Of a DNA stretch of 64,000 nucleotides, positions 22,182 to 33,899 are shown in pieces (the first letter of the stretch is position 1; every line of letters starts with the position of its first letter). Source of the stretch: Antechinus flavipes (Eukaryota); contig NC_067399.1 in NCBI RefSeq assembly GCF_016432865.1, positions 635,066,001 through 635,130,000 of the forward strand. Direction: 5' to 3'. Under the pieces are notes generated by a model. It worked only from the letters and a program-made list of their open reading frames with translations. It was not told the origin of the DNA and did not search any database. The translations under genes and the position numbers were made by a program.

Positions 22182-25100
22182 GAATAAATTTTCCCTTTCA
22201 GAGTTCTTTATAATTTTATACCTTCCCTGGGCTAGACTGGATTATTCCTATAAGCACAAATCCCTGCCTTCTGGTTCCTCCCAAACAAAATTCTGAGGAG
22301 AAATGACTTGGCCCAGATCTTAGCTGGGACGGGCACCTCAGAGCGGTGAGGAGGTCTGCTTCTGTCCTTTGTGGTCCCCGGAAATCCAGGGCCTCAGTCC
22401 CCAATGGGGGCGGGGGGAGTATCCCCTGAAAGAGTAAGGATTCCCCTGACACCCTCACCCCTTCTCCCACTCCCCCCTGCCCTGGTACTGAGGCAGAAAC
22501 AATAGCCCTGGTCAGGGGGGGACTCGAGAAGATCCCCAGGATCCTTGAGGGAGAGCTGAAAGGAGCGATAGAGCTCAGAATTATGGATCTTGAACCAGTA
22601 ACATCAGGAGCCATCTAGTCCAAGCTCCACGGTTTACATTTTGGACCCAGATCCTCTGGCTCCTTAAAATGGTTTCTCTGGTGAGATTCCGGAGCTGCCC
22701 GGGCCCTCTTAGCTCAGAAGTCCTTCCTGCAGGGGCAGCTGCCCAGTCGTTGGCCCAGGGGAGGGCTCCCGGGGCAGGAAGGTGGCTGTAGTGGCCGACA
22801 GGCCTTCTGGGGTCCGGGATCTGCTGGTCCACCTTCCAGGCGGTCGGGCTGCAGAGCCGGGGCTTGGCCACGGGGGGGTAGTCTTACCCTGCGTTTGATT
22901 CTGGGAGGCCCAGAAAGGGATGGCCCAGGAAGGGTTGGGCGGGACCGGGTCTTTCTGTGGGAACTGGACCAGGAAGACCGGGATCTGGATGCTGGGGCCG
23001 AGAGTTTCCAGGATCAGGGAGGAAACAGCCCCGGGGGCCTGACTAACCCCTCGTTGGCAGATCGTACCACTGCCCCCCCCCATCACCCCTTCTCCGGGGC
23101 CCCTTTACTCTGCAGTCTGCCCCGGGCCAGTGAGTGCCTGAAGTCGGCTGGATGGAGCTGCAGCCCTCGGGGCAGGGTAGCCCAGGACCCCCCACCTGGC
23201 CGCCCCCTCCCCCCAGGGGCTTCCAGGTAGAGCAGCTGGAACTCTAGCCGCTTCACAGCATCTGTGTTCTCGGATGGAACCCCAGCCCCCTGTTCCGATC
23301 CCTACTGTTGAGTCCAGCACTGCCCTGGCCCCCAGAGCCTCCAGACTCAAGCCCTAGATCATGCTCTAGGTAGGTGGGGTTACCTATAGGTAAGATGCCC
23401 ATTACTGGGGAAGAGTTGGAGGCCTCCTCCAGCATCAGGCAGTCCTTCCTCGGGCTTGAGTTTAGTCCTTGGAGTCTGGGAAATCTGCAGAAGCCCACAG
23501 TTAGGCTTTCCTAAGAGTTCGAAGCTCTGGGTCAACAATTATTTCTGGCCCCAGCTGGCTGTGAGAGTTTGGACAGGTCCCTCACGTTCTGTAGGTGTCT
23601 CTTCACCCCTGCTGTCGATTTTCAAGCTGATATTTATCCCACCAAAGGGAAGAATATTCCCTCTTCTGCTGTCCCCCACGGACAGCCCTGGATATGGGGG
23701 TGACCCGAGAAAGAAGGCACCTCCTCCATCCCACATGGCCCGATCATGGTGTGCACAATGGGAGGCCAAAGTCAGGTGGACACCGGACCCTGATGGAGAC
23801 GACCCCACGATTGTATAAGCCCGTTTCCAGGGATTTCCTCACACAGCTGGCTCTAGATCCCAGCTTCTCAAACTGCCGTTCGCGACCCCATATGGAGTCT
23901 CATAACTGAATGTGGTGTTGTGAAATTATGATTTATTATCAGGACATCTATGATTTGTAGACTTTTTTATATACCTGGGTAATGTAAAAATTTCTCCCGT
24001 GAAAAGGAGTCAGAGTGGAAAAAGTTTAAGAAGTCCTGTTCTATATACAAATACATATACATATACCCCACCTACATATAGCCAGTATCTCCATTTTTGT
24101 GCTTCCCAAGGCCCTGCCCCCCCAGAATGGTGTTGTGAAATTATGATTTATTATCAGGACATGTTTGGTGTTTAGACCTGTTTTTTTACACACAATATAG
24201 CCAGTATCTCCATTTTTGTCCTTACCAAGGCCCTGCCACCCCAGAATGATAGTTCTGGCTTTAACTCAGAAATGCAGAGGAGGAGGGGAAGGAAAGTTAA
24301 GGTATCTCTAACCTTTCTTCAATGAGATGGGAAGGTTCACTGCCATCAGAGGTGAGGGTCTAAATGGGGAACTGAGGGGTATGTGGGGGGATTAACGGCC
24401 ATTTTAACCAGGAGTCCCAGGGGCAGGGGCAGCCAAGAACTCCTGATGCTGGGAGAGGAACCTGGTTACGTCAGCCACACTCTTGGGTATGGCCCCGTCT
24501 GCAGACAGAGAATATACAGGTCATTATTGTCCCTGATCTAGGTAGAAGTCCTTTAGGTTCGTAGGATTCAGCTGCTTCAGCCTCTTGTGAGTGTCTCAAG
24601 AATATTACTGGTTCCCCAACCTTACCTGGGAAAATTGTGAGAAGGACTTGGATCCCCTCGCCTACCCCCTACACCCAGGCCAGGTGTCCCTGGGACCTAG
24701 AGACATACATGCAAGCACTGTATCCACTATGTCCTATGAAAAGAAGCTCAGGAGACAGCGAGCCTTCCATGTTTACTGAATTCTTCCAGCCTGGCTTATA
24801 CCCAACATGTGGTGGTGCACCTGGCCCAGGTAAAATTGGTTCTTGTTAAAAATTGTGAAATCACATCATTTTCTTTTGGACACCTTTCTCCCAACCCACA
24901 TCCTATTCCCTGAGTCTTGCTCCACCAGTCAGCTTGTTGTCATAAAGGCTTTGAACAATAGCTTTAAGGCATCATCCCTCTCTCGAAGCAGCAAGTTACT
25001 TGGGGAATGTCTGGTACACATTCCTATAAATAACAAATTACATACACTCTTAATTTCCAAATTGTTCCCTTGAACTCAATTCCTACTTATCTCCTAATCA

Positions 25101-25968
25101 GGAGAGGTAATAGCCCAATAATCAGGCCCTGGTATAAAAGTTACAAAGGAAGATTATAGCCTATTTTCCTTGAATGGTAGCCCTTTTAAAAAAAATCCTT
25201 TGAAGTTCAGTTAGCAAGCAATTAACTGAGAACAGTATATATTCCATAATAATTATAGTAATAATTTTAAAATTATAGAATTACAGAATTTTCAAGAGGG
25301 AAGGGTCTCATGCTTAACCCTAATTTCCAGGATGCTGTGGGTCATGTTCAGTAACTGAAATGAAGGGAAAACAACTCAGTTTGAGTTAGTCCATTTCTCT
25401 CAGACACTCAGGGCATTTGGGAGAAGGAAATTGGTTAGGGAAGGGGACTTATTTATTTTGTTGGGGAAAGAAAACTAGTTACAGAGATAAATGTTGAAAA
25501 CTATATGTGATTAAAAAAATAAAATACTATAATTTTTTTTTTTTTAAAGAAAGAGAACTGGGTTTTGCTGGGAAGGATATGGGGGGAAATTACCTGTTCA
25601 ATTCAGTTCAGTAAATATTAAGTACTTAGTATGTACCAGACTCTGGGTAATCCAAAGACAAAAACCGATATTTTCTCTTGCCACCATTGTTTTCTTCCAC
25701 ACCCCAGAAGGACTCTGGGACAACCAGAGGAGGTTGGCTTGAGCTATTTAGACCCCAGAAAAGTATGTGGCTAAGTTCGGTAGCCAATGGGACACAGTAT
25801 AATAAGACCTATTGTTATTGCCTCAGTTGGGAGGCAGCAAGATGCCAGTGTAGGAGAAAGATGAGGGGAGATTTAGCTTTCTTTGAAACACAGAGCCCTC
25901 AGGATCGGGGGGCAAGGGATGACATAAAACCTGCAGGGGTCCCTTGTGACTCCTCCCTCTCTCAACAG

Positions 25969-26012
25969 TGGGGGAGGAACTGGGCAAGACCCCAGCCTCT
26001 CCCTGCATCCAG
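25969..26012 (+). other. Candidate 44-nt 5' UTR exon of DUSP13B
   Basis: Strong acceptor ctcctccctctctcaacag| and donor CAG|GTAAGG, 750 nt upstream of the DUSP13B start. Confidence 0.5.
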
Positions 26013-26764
26013 GTAAGGCAGAAGTGTGGAATTACAGAATGGGAGAGAGTTTTAAAGATCAACCTAGTCCAACTGCTTAGTCCTCGGAGCCCTGTTCAAT
26101 TAACCGACCTCCCAGCATCCATTCATTCTGGGGACATGAAAACGGAGACCCAGAGAAATTGTCCTTTATCCCCAGAAAGCTCAGCTATGAAGCTGAACGC
26201 TAAGAATCCAGACCCCGACGGGACATGAGCAAGCTCTGAGGTTCTGTAGGGTGAAAGGTCCTTGGTGATGATCCCCTCCAGCTCCTGGAGGAGCTCCTGG
26301 GACATGATGGCCTTCCAAGTCTCAGTCCAGCGCCATTTCCCCTGGACCATGATACTGGGGAGCCCTTTGCAGGTCACTCCCAGCTCCTTGTTGGGCTGGC
26401 CGAGTGCCGGCGGGGGGGTATCCGGACCAGGGCTCCAGCCTTGCCTTTGCAACTGCTGACCCTTTCTCCCCCAATTCTTTGGCCTCCCAGGCCCCCTTCT
26501 TTCCAGAGTCCCCAGAGTCACCTCCCGAGTTGCTTCCTGTGGTTGATTAGATGAGAACACAGATGTCTCTCTTATCACTCATTCCTTCACAGTTAAGAGA
26601 GACAGTTGTCTCTCCCTCCCTCTATAAAATGATACAAAAGCCATGAGACACTTTTCCTGGATTCTGGGACTCATTCCTCCTCCCCCCTTCCCTCCCCCTT
26701 CCCTCCTCCCTCACCCAGGGACACCACAAGGACAGCAATGGGATGCCCTCCCCTGTTTTCCAGG

Positions 26765-26952
26765 ATGGATTCACTGCAGAGACAGGACCTGCGGAGGCCC
26801 AAGATCCATGGGGCAACCCGAGTTAGCACCCAGAATCTTGTCCCCTACCAGACACCCACTTTGGCCTACTTGCAGCGCCTGCTGTGGATTCGAAGGGCTT
26901 CCTCAATGAGCCACATCAATGAGGTCTGGCCCAACCTCTACCTGGGAGACGC
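26765..26952 (+). CDS. DUSP13B: DUSP13B (TMDP) coding exon 1
   Basis: Acceptor ctgttttccag|G ATG. Encodes MDSLQRQDLRRPKIHGA...PYQTPTLAYLQRLLWIRR...HINEVWPNLYLGDA, the characteristic TMDP N-terminus. Donor GC|GTAAGC, phase 2. Confidence 0.95.
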
Positions 26953-27876
26953 GTAAGCCTTCCCCAACTTACCCGCGAGGGGAGGGGGCTCCCCCCGAGG
27001 AAGCCGTGATGGGCAGGGGTCTTCTCAGGGATGCTTCCTCCTGGGACGTGGTCAGAAGGCTCAGGTCCCTGGTAGGAGAGGGAGGAATGAGGGAAAACAC
27101 CCGAGAGAGGAAAGTAATGATTCCTATCAATAATAATTCAAAAATCATAGAATTACAGAATTTTCAAGAGAGAAGGGTCTCATGCTTAATCCTAATTTCC
27201 AGGATGGTGGAATAAAATTATATTATTATTAATATATAATTCCATTCTATTTTATTATATATACATAATATTCTATATATATTATATATATAATATATAT
27301 ATCTATTATAATATAGAAGGATCCAGCTTCAGAAAGAGCCATTTGGGCGAATTCTCCAGGTGTGTCACCTGTAACAGGCCCTAAGCAGCCCTCCAAGACA
27401 AAGGGAAGGTGGTAATCTGCATGGCTAGGAATTTCCTTATCTTCTACTAGGGAATCACAGATTTAGTCCCCATCCCGTTTTGTAGGTGCTGAAATCGAGC
27501 CTCCGAGCCCCTAACTCCGAGCACCTAGGGCTGGCTAGGTGGCCTAGTGCATAGAGCCCTAAACCCGAGCTCAGAGACAGCCCCAGACACTCACTGGTGG
27601 GGGGCTCTGGGCGAGTCATGGAACCTCTGCCTGCTGTAAAATGGGGGTCACAGTAGCCGTGTCTCCCTGAAAGATTGTTAGGGAGCCGGCTCACTCATCA
27701 ATAATGCTTGCTCTCTCAGCTGCTTTGCCAGCAGCGGTTCAGAGTCAGGCTAAAAGCCCTGGTGGGTGTGCCCCCGTCCAGCGGCCTGCCCTCCGCGGGA
27801 CCCCCGCCCGGGCCCTGCCAGACTGCCACGCTGCCCGCAGGCACCCCATGTCTCTCCCTCCTTGTGCCCCCTCCAG

Positions 27877-28094
27877 ATACGCAGCCCGGGACAAGAGTAA
27901 GCTTTGTCAGCTGGGGATCACCCACATTGTGAATGTGGCTGCCGGCAGGTTCCACGTCGACACGGGCGCCAAATTCTACCGAGGGATGCCCGTGGAATAC
28001 TATGGCATCGAGGCCGACGACAACCCCTTCTTCGACCTCAGCATTTACTTCCTGCCTGCAGCCAGATATATAAGAACTGCCCTCAGCAATCAAG
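27877..28094 (+). CDS. DUSP13B: DUSP13B coding exon 2
   Basis: Acceptor gccccctccag|. Encodes YAARDKSKLCQLGITHIVNVAAGRFHVDTGAKFYRGMPVEYYGIEADDNPFFDLSIYFLPAARYIRTALSNQ. Donor G|GTGAAC, phase 1. Confidence 0.95.
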
Positions 28095-28099
28095 GTGAA

Positions 28100-29050
28100 C
28101 CTTTCCCTCCTCCCCTTCCTCTTCCTCTCTTCCTCTCCTCTTTCTTTTCTACTTCTTCCTCTCATTCCTTCTTTCTTCTCCTCTTTCTCTCCTCTTATAC
28201 TTCTCCTCATCTTCCTTTTCCTTTTCCTCTCCTCTTCTTTTTCCTTCAACTTCTCTTTATCATCTCTTTTCTTCCACTATCTTCTACTTTTTCTCCTCCT
28301 CCTAGTTGCTTTCTTTCTTCTCCTCTTCCTCCTCTTTCTCCTCTTCCTTCCCTTCTTAATCATCTCTTCCTTATTTTCCACTCTCCTATTTTTTCCTCCT
28401 CCTTCTCCTTCTCCTATTCCTTCTCTTCCTTTTCTTCTTTTTCCTCTTCCTCTCCTCTACCTCCTTCTCTTCCACTTCATCCTCTCATTTTTCCTCTTCT
28501 CTTCTTCCTGTTCTCTTCTTTTTCCTCTTCTTTCTCTTCCTTCTCCTCTTCCTTCTCTTTCTCTTTTCTTCCTTGTTTTCTTCCTTTGACTCCTCTTCAC
28601 CATCTCTTCCTTTTCTTCTACCATCTTCTATTTATCTCCTATTCTTCTTCCTCTTCTTTTTCCATTTGCACTTCTTCCTATTCTTCTTTCTCCTTCTTAC
28701 TAATCTTACTTTTCTTCTTTTCTCTTCTTCTCTTCCTCCTCCTCCTCTTCCCCTTTTCCTCCTTTTCTTTCTCCTTTTTATTCCTTTTCCTCTTCTTCTT
28801 CTCTCCTTTTTTTTTTTTTTTTTTTGCTGAGGCAGTTGGGGTTAAGTGACTTCCCCAAAGTCACACAGCCAGCAAGTGTTGGACTTAGGGTCTCCTCCTT
28901 GGACTTCAGGGCTGGTGCTTCCTCCTCTCCTTCTTGCTCTACTTCTTTCTTTTCTTCTTATTCCTTTTCTTTTCCTCTTCCTCCTCTTTTTTTCTACTCT
29001 TCTTTTTTCTCTTCTTCCTTCTCTTCCTCCTCTTCTTCCTCGTTCTTTCC
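28100..29050. repeat. Polypyrimidine (CTT/CT-rich) low-complexity tract in DUSP13B intron 2, interrupted by a SINE fragment
   Basis: About 950 bp almost devoid of G on the + strand. Confidence 0.95.
28803..28922 (-). mobile_element. WSINE1-like SINE fragment with a T-tail
   Basis: tttttgctgaggcagttggggttaagtgactt...gtcacacagc...gacttcagggctggtgct, same family as the copy at 48644. Confidence 0.75.
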
Positions 29051-30879
29051 TGGTTGTGGTGGTAAGTTTCTGAGAGGGGTAGAAGAAATTGAGGGTGGGA
29101 CCCAGGCTCTCAAATGGCTCTCAAGATTAGGAGTCAGACCCTTCCAGAAGAACCAGCTGGGTCCATTCTGAGAGAATTGGATGAATGGGAAACCTTCTCA
29201 GAGATTCAGCCATCTTTCCCTCCCTTCTCTCCTCTACCTCAGAAAAGCACAAATATTCTGTAATCTCCCATTTGGGAAGGATTAGGGAGAGGATTATAGA
29301 CTCTGAGCTGGAATGGGCCCCTAAATTATCTGCTTCAAATCCCTTTTGGACAGCTTACCTGTCTTACTTGTCTTGCCCAATACCATGCAAGTAGAAAGTC
29401 TGAACTCAAGCCCTCTGACTCCAAATCCCTGGTTATTCCATTGCCCCAGGCTCCCTCTAGCCTCTTCACTTTTCATTTGAGGAAACTGAGGTCCAGAGTC
29501 ATTTGCCCCACATAGTATTCAGAGGAATCTATATTCAGAGTTGGCAGAGGCCTAAGAGGCCGTCAGGTCCAATCTCCCTTATTTTACAGATGGGAAGAAA
29601 ATGGAGGACCCTAAATGAATGATCCCCAGAATCATAAAGGTAGTGTCCAAAATGGGATGTGAACCAGGTTTTCTGACTCCAAAGTCAGACTCTTTCCACA
29701 GTGCCATTCTTGGCAAGTCAAGTCCCTCTGCCAGAGTGAATTAGTGCCTGCTGTACAATTTACACTCTAAAAAGTTTCTTGGGGCACTGAGAAGTTAAGT
29801 GATTTTGCCCAGAATCTTCCAACTAGAGTGGGTCAAAGGCAAGAAGTCTTCTTGACTCTGAGGCTGTAGCTCCACCCATTATATACTGCTGCCTAGTGAG
29901 TAAAAAATATTCCTTTTTTAGGGATCTGGAAACTGAGGCTCCCTCAAGTGAGAAGTAAAAATGACCTTCTCTAGAATGGGTTTTTAGCAGGTCCTGCTTT
30001 TATGTCCCCTAGATATGTTCATATTACTAAGATGAAATCTGTATTTAGGAGATATTTAATCAGGAAATAAGAGAGCAAGCATCTCTAAAGGGGTTCTCCT
30101 CTATCTCATCTACTCATCCCTGCCCAATTGGAACAGATGACAGTGATCTAGTCTCCAGAAGCTTTGTCTAGAGCCTTTACTAGGGTCAGTGAGAAAGAAA
30201 ACTGTTGCTGAATAAGTTATCTGGCCCTTATGCACTAGACAAAAGTTGGGTTTCCTGAGAAGTCTCTGGGGGAAAGATTGATGAACAACTGGGATACCAC
30301 ATAATGGAGTTGGCATGGGGGGCCAGTTCCACATAGAGGGTCTTTTGGTCCCAGTAGGACCTTGTCTCATTGGAAAGGCCATCCCTGTATGGTACAAGGT
30401 TGGGAGATATGTACTTTGTATATCTCTGCACCTATCTGCTCACGAGTGACCATCAAGTTATAATGGACATCAAGAGCAACTCTGAAAGAGAAAAGGATTC
30501 ATTCACAAAAGGGCAGCCCCAAGGTAAAAGGGGGGGGGTGCTAAATACTAATTATCTGTATTTGAATTTCAGGGTTTCATTATTTTTTTAATGCCAGTTG
30601 TCCAGATTTTCTTAGGAACACCATGGGACAACCATTAAAAACTCTATATTTGACAGCAGAGGACATAAATTCAAATTCCACTTCTGACATTTACTATTTG
30701 TGAGATTTCAAATGATTCAACTTCTCAGGATCTAAGTTTCTTAATCTGTAAAATGAGGGCAGATGACTTCTGAGGTGACTTCAGCTCTAAAGCTTAACTA
30801 CTAGAGTCAGGACAGTTTGCCCAAGATCATATGGTTCTCTCTCCCTAACTCGACTTCCTCAATTACTACCTTGTAATAG

Positions 30880-32690
30880 TAGAGGGGCTTGCACAGCTCA
30901 ATGAAACTATGAGTTATGCTGTGCAGACAAAAAGAGATAAGAAACTTTTCTTAAATGAACAATGCAAAGAAATGAAAAAAAAACAGTAGAATGGGAAGGA
31001 CAAGAGATTTCTTCAAGAAAATTTGAGATATCATGTGAGAGTTTCATGCAAAAATGGACATGATCAAATTAAAAATGATAGGGATTTAATAGAAGAAAAG
31101 GTGGCAAGAACATACAAAAGAATTTATCACCAAAAACCATGTTTACTGATCTAGAGCCATACATCCTGGAGAATGAAGTCAACTGGGTCTTAGGAAACAT
31201 TATTAACAATAAGGCTAGTGGAGTCAAATTGTTTAAAACCCTAAAAAAAATGCTGCATTCAATATGCCAGAAAATTTGGAAAATAAAAATGGCCACTGGA
31301 TTGGAAAAGATCTGTTTGTATCCTAGTCCTAAAGAAGGGCAATGGTAAAGAATTACTGAACAATTGTGCTTATTTCACACACTAACAACGTTCTGATTAA
31401 GATTCTGCAAGCCAGATTTAAGCAATATGTGAACCAAGAATTACCAGAAGAACAGACTGGTTTTTGAAGAGTCTGAGGAATTAAGAGACCAAACTGTCAA
31501 CATTCACTGGATTATAGAAAAAGCAAGGAAAATCCAGAAAAAAGCCTTTTATTTCTGCTACATTGACAACATTAAAGCCTTTGACTATATGGATCACAAC
31601 AAAATCTGTCAAATCCTCAAAGAGATGGGAGTACCAGACAATAACCTGAATGCAGGTCAAGAAGCAAAAGTCGGATCCCAAAATAAACAACAGGTTGGCT
31701 TAAGATTGGGAAAGAAGAACAATAAGACTGTATATTTATTTAACTTATTTGCATCATCATGTGAAATAGGCTAGATAAATCAAAAGCTGGAATTAAGATT
31801 GCTGGTAAAATATCTACAATCTCAGATACACAGATGATACCATTCTGATGGCAGAAAGTGAAGAGGAATTAAGAAGCTTCTTGATGAGAGGGAAAGAGCA
31901 GAGTGAAAAAGCTGGTTTGAAGCTTAGCATGCAAAAACCTTAAGATCTTGGCCACTGGTCCCATAACTTCTTGGCAAATAGCAAGAGAAGAAATGGAAGC
32001 AGTGTTAGATTTTATATTCTTGGGCTCAAAGATCCTTTCAGATGTGACTGCAAATGATAAAATTAAAGGATTGTTTAATTGTTCCTTGAAAGGCAAATCT
32101 GAACAGCACACTAAAACGCAGTAACCTGCTGAGAAAGGTCCACTTAGTCAAAGCAACGGTTTATCCAGAAGCAATGTATGACTGTAAAAATTGTACTGTA
32201 AGGAAAGCTGCTCCTCACACTACCGATACTTTCTAATTATGGTGCTAAAGACTACTTTTGAGAGTCTCTTGGACAGCAAAGAGATAAATCAATAGGCTTT
32301 TTAAAAATTTAAATACTTTTCCAAATACATGCAAACATTCATCTTAGCAAAACTATTTTTTTTCTCTTCCTCCCAAAGACAGCAAACAATCTAAATCAGT
32401 CAATATTTAAGGCAATTAATTCAAGCTATTCACTGTAAGGTCAAATATTGAATCTGCAGCTTAATTATTTTGGCTATATAATGAGAAGATGGCATTCATT
32501 GGCAAAGACTCTAATGTTGGAAAAGATTAAAAGGAAAAGGAAAAAGGTATAGCAGAGGATGAGATGGATAGATGGTATCATGGAAACAATGAAAATGAAT
32601 TTACGTCAAATAAAGGGTAGGAGGATTTGATGTGCTGTGCTCTGTGGAGTCACAAAATCTGACGTAACTAAACACCTGAACAACAAGATG
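30880..32690 (+). mobile_element. BovB/RTE-clade LINE, 5'-truncated and degenerate, in DUSP13B intron 2
   Basis: Remnants LEPYILENEVNWVLGNIINNKASG, LHSICQKIWK, DHNKICQILKEMGVPD and agatgataccattctgatggcagaaagtgaagaggaattaagaag match BovB RT. A BovB-type 3' tail ends at ...ctgaacaacaa. Confidence 0.9.
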
Positions 32691-33455
32691 ATATGGTCAC
32701 AAAGTCTTTGTCCTCCAGATCTCAGATTTGGAGCTAGAAGGGAACCCATTTTGCAGATGAGGAAATTCTCTGGGTTCTGTCTAAGAGAACCATCTCTTCC
32801 CCTTAAACCACCTCTTCTGACCTCAGCTGACTATCAGAATTTGCTTTATCCCAGGGTTAATCCTGGGGCCTCCCATTCATACCCTGAGAGAACCATACCT
32901 GCTCAGGAACACATAAACTCGATTGGAGCAGACCTCCGCAACCCACTCTGGACAGCGCTCTTCTCCTTAGCTTTCCACTTTTGGTATTCCATGTGTTGAC
33001 TATTCATAGTCATGCAGTCTCAATTTCTGCTCTTTACTGCATCTGGAGATGATGGACTGAGCAAGGAGAAAGGTCCTAGTTAGTAAGCACTGACCAGTTC
33101 TCTCAGGGCTTGAGCCTTCCCAAGCAGAAGGACAGGAGCTTTTCTCAGATTTCCCCCAATTCCTTAAAAGCTTTGGAAGAAGAGGGAATGGAGTCTGGAC
33201 ATGAAGTAGTCCCTGACCGACATTCGGGATTAGCATCCTTTGTATTTCAGTGACTGGGAGCAAAGTTCCAGTTACCCACCTTAGTAACATTCTTGCCTCT
33301 AATTTCTAGGGGATCTGAATGGGGCCATTTAGTTGACATTTTTGTCTTTAAATTCTAGAGGATCTGAATGGGGCCACATCAACTGGGCATTCGTGTCTCG
33401 TATTTCTTGTATGATTATGGCTTGTTCAAAACTTGTCTTTTGTCTCTACTTGCAG

Positions 33456-33658
33456 GCCGCATATTTGTGCACTGTGCCATGGGAGTCAGCCGGTCTGCCA
33501 CACTTGTCCTGGCATACCTCATGATCTGTGAAAATATGACCCTGGTGGAGGCCATTCAGACGGTGCAAACCCACCGAGATATTTGCCCAAACTCGGGTTT
33601 CCTCAGGCAGCTCCAAGTCCTGGACAGTCGGCTGGGGCGGGAGATGGGGAGGCTCTGA
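33456..33658 (+). CDS. DUSP13B: DUSP13B coding exon 3 (HCAMGVSRS). Spliced protein 202 aa
   Basis: Acceptor tctctacttgcag|. Encodes [67 protein letters not shown] to TGA. Exon lengths 188+218+203=609 nt. Confidence 0.95.
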
Positions 33659-33893
33659 CTGGGCAGGTAGCTGGGAATAGAGACCCCTTTAGGGTCTCCC
33701 CTTCCCACCTGCCTTGCAGAAGACTGGCAGCACTCACTGTTTACAAATGGACCCTGAGATATAGATATCAAGCATGGGGGAATCAGAATGGAAGGGGCGG
33801 GAAAGGTTGAGAGTTGATGTTTAACAGGTGAATTTACTCAACTTGTTAAAAAAAAAGATTCTTTATGCATAGAGGAATTTGGTCTCAATCTAT

Positions 33894-33899
33894 AATAAA
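33894..33899 (+). terminator. Polyadenylation signal, probably for DUSP13B
   Basis: AATAAA about 235 nt after the DUSP13B stop codon. Confidence 0.5.

Noticed and set aside
27704-28849. 381-aa ORF with a long hydrophobic F/L/S tail
   Set aside because: It is DUSP13B exon 2 plus read-through into a CT-rich intronic repeat that lacks stop codons by composition.
31139-31774. Short RT-like ORFs as functional genes (also 15855, 16382, 50938)
   Set aside because: Fragmented by stops and frameshifts. These are dead BovB, L3 and L1 copies.
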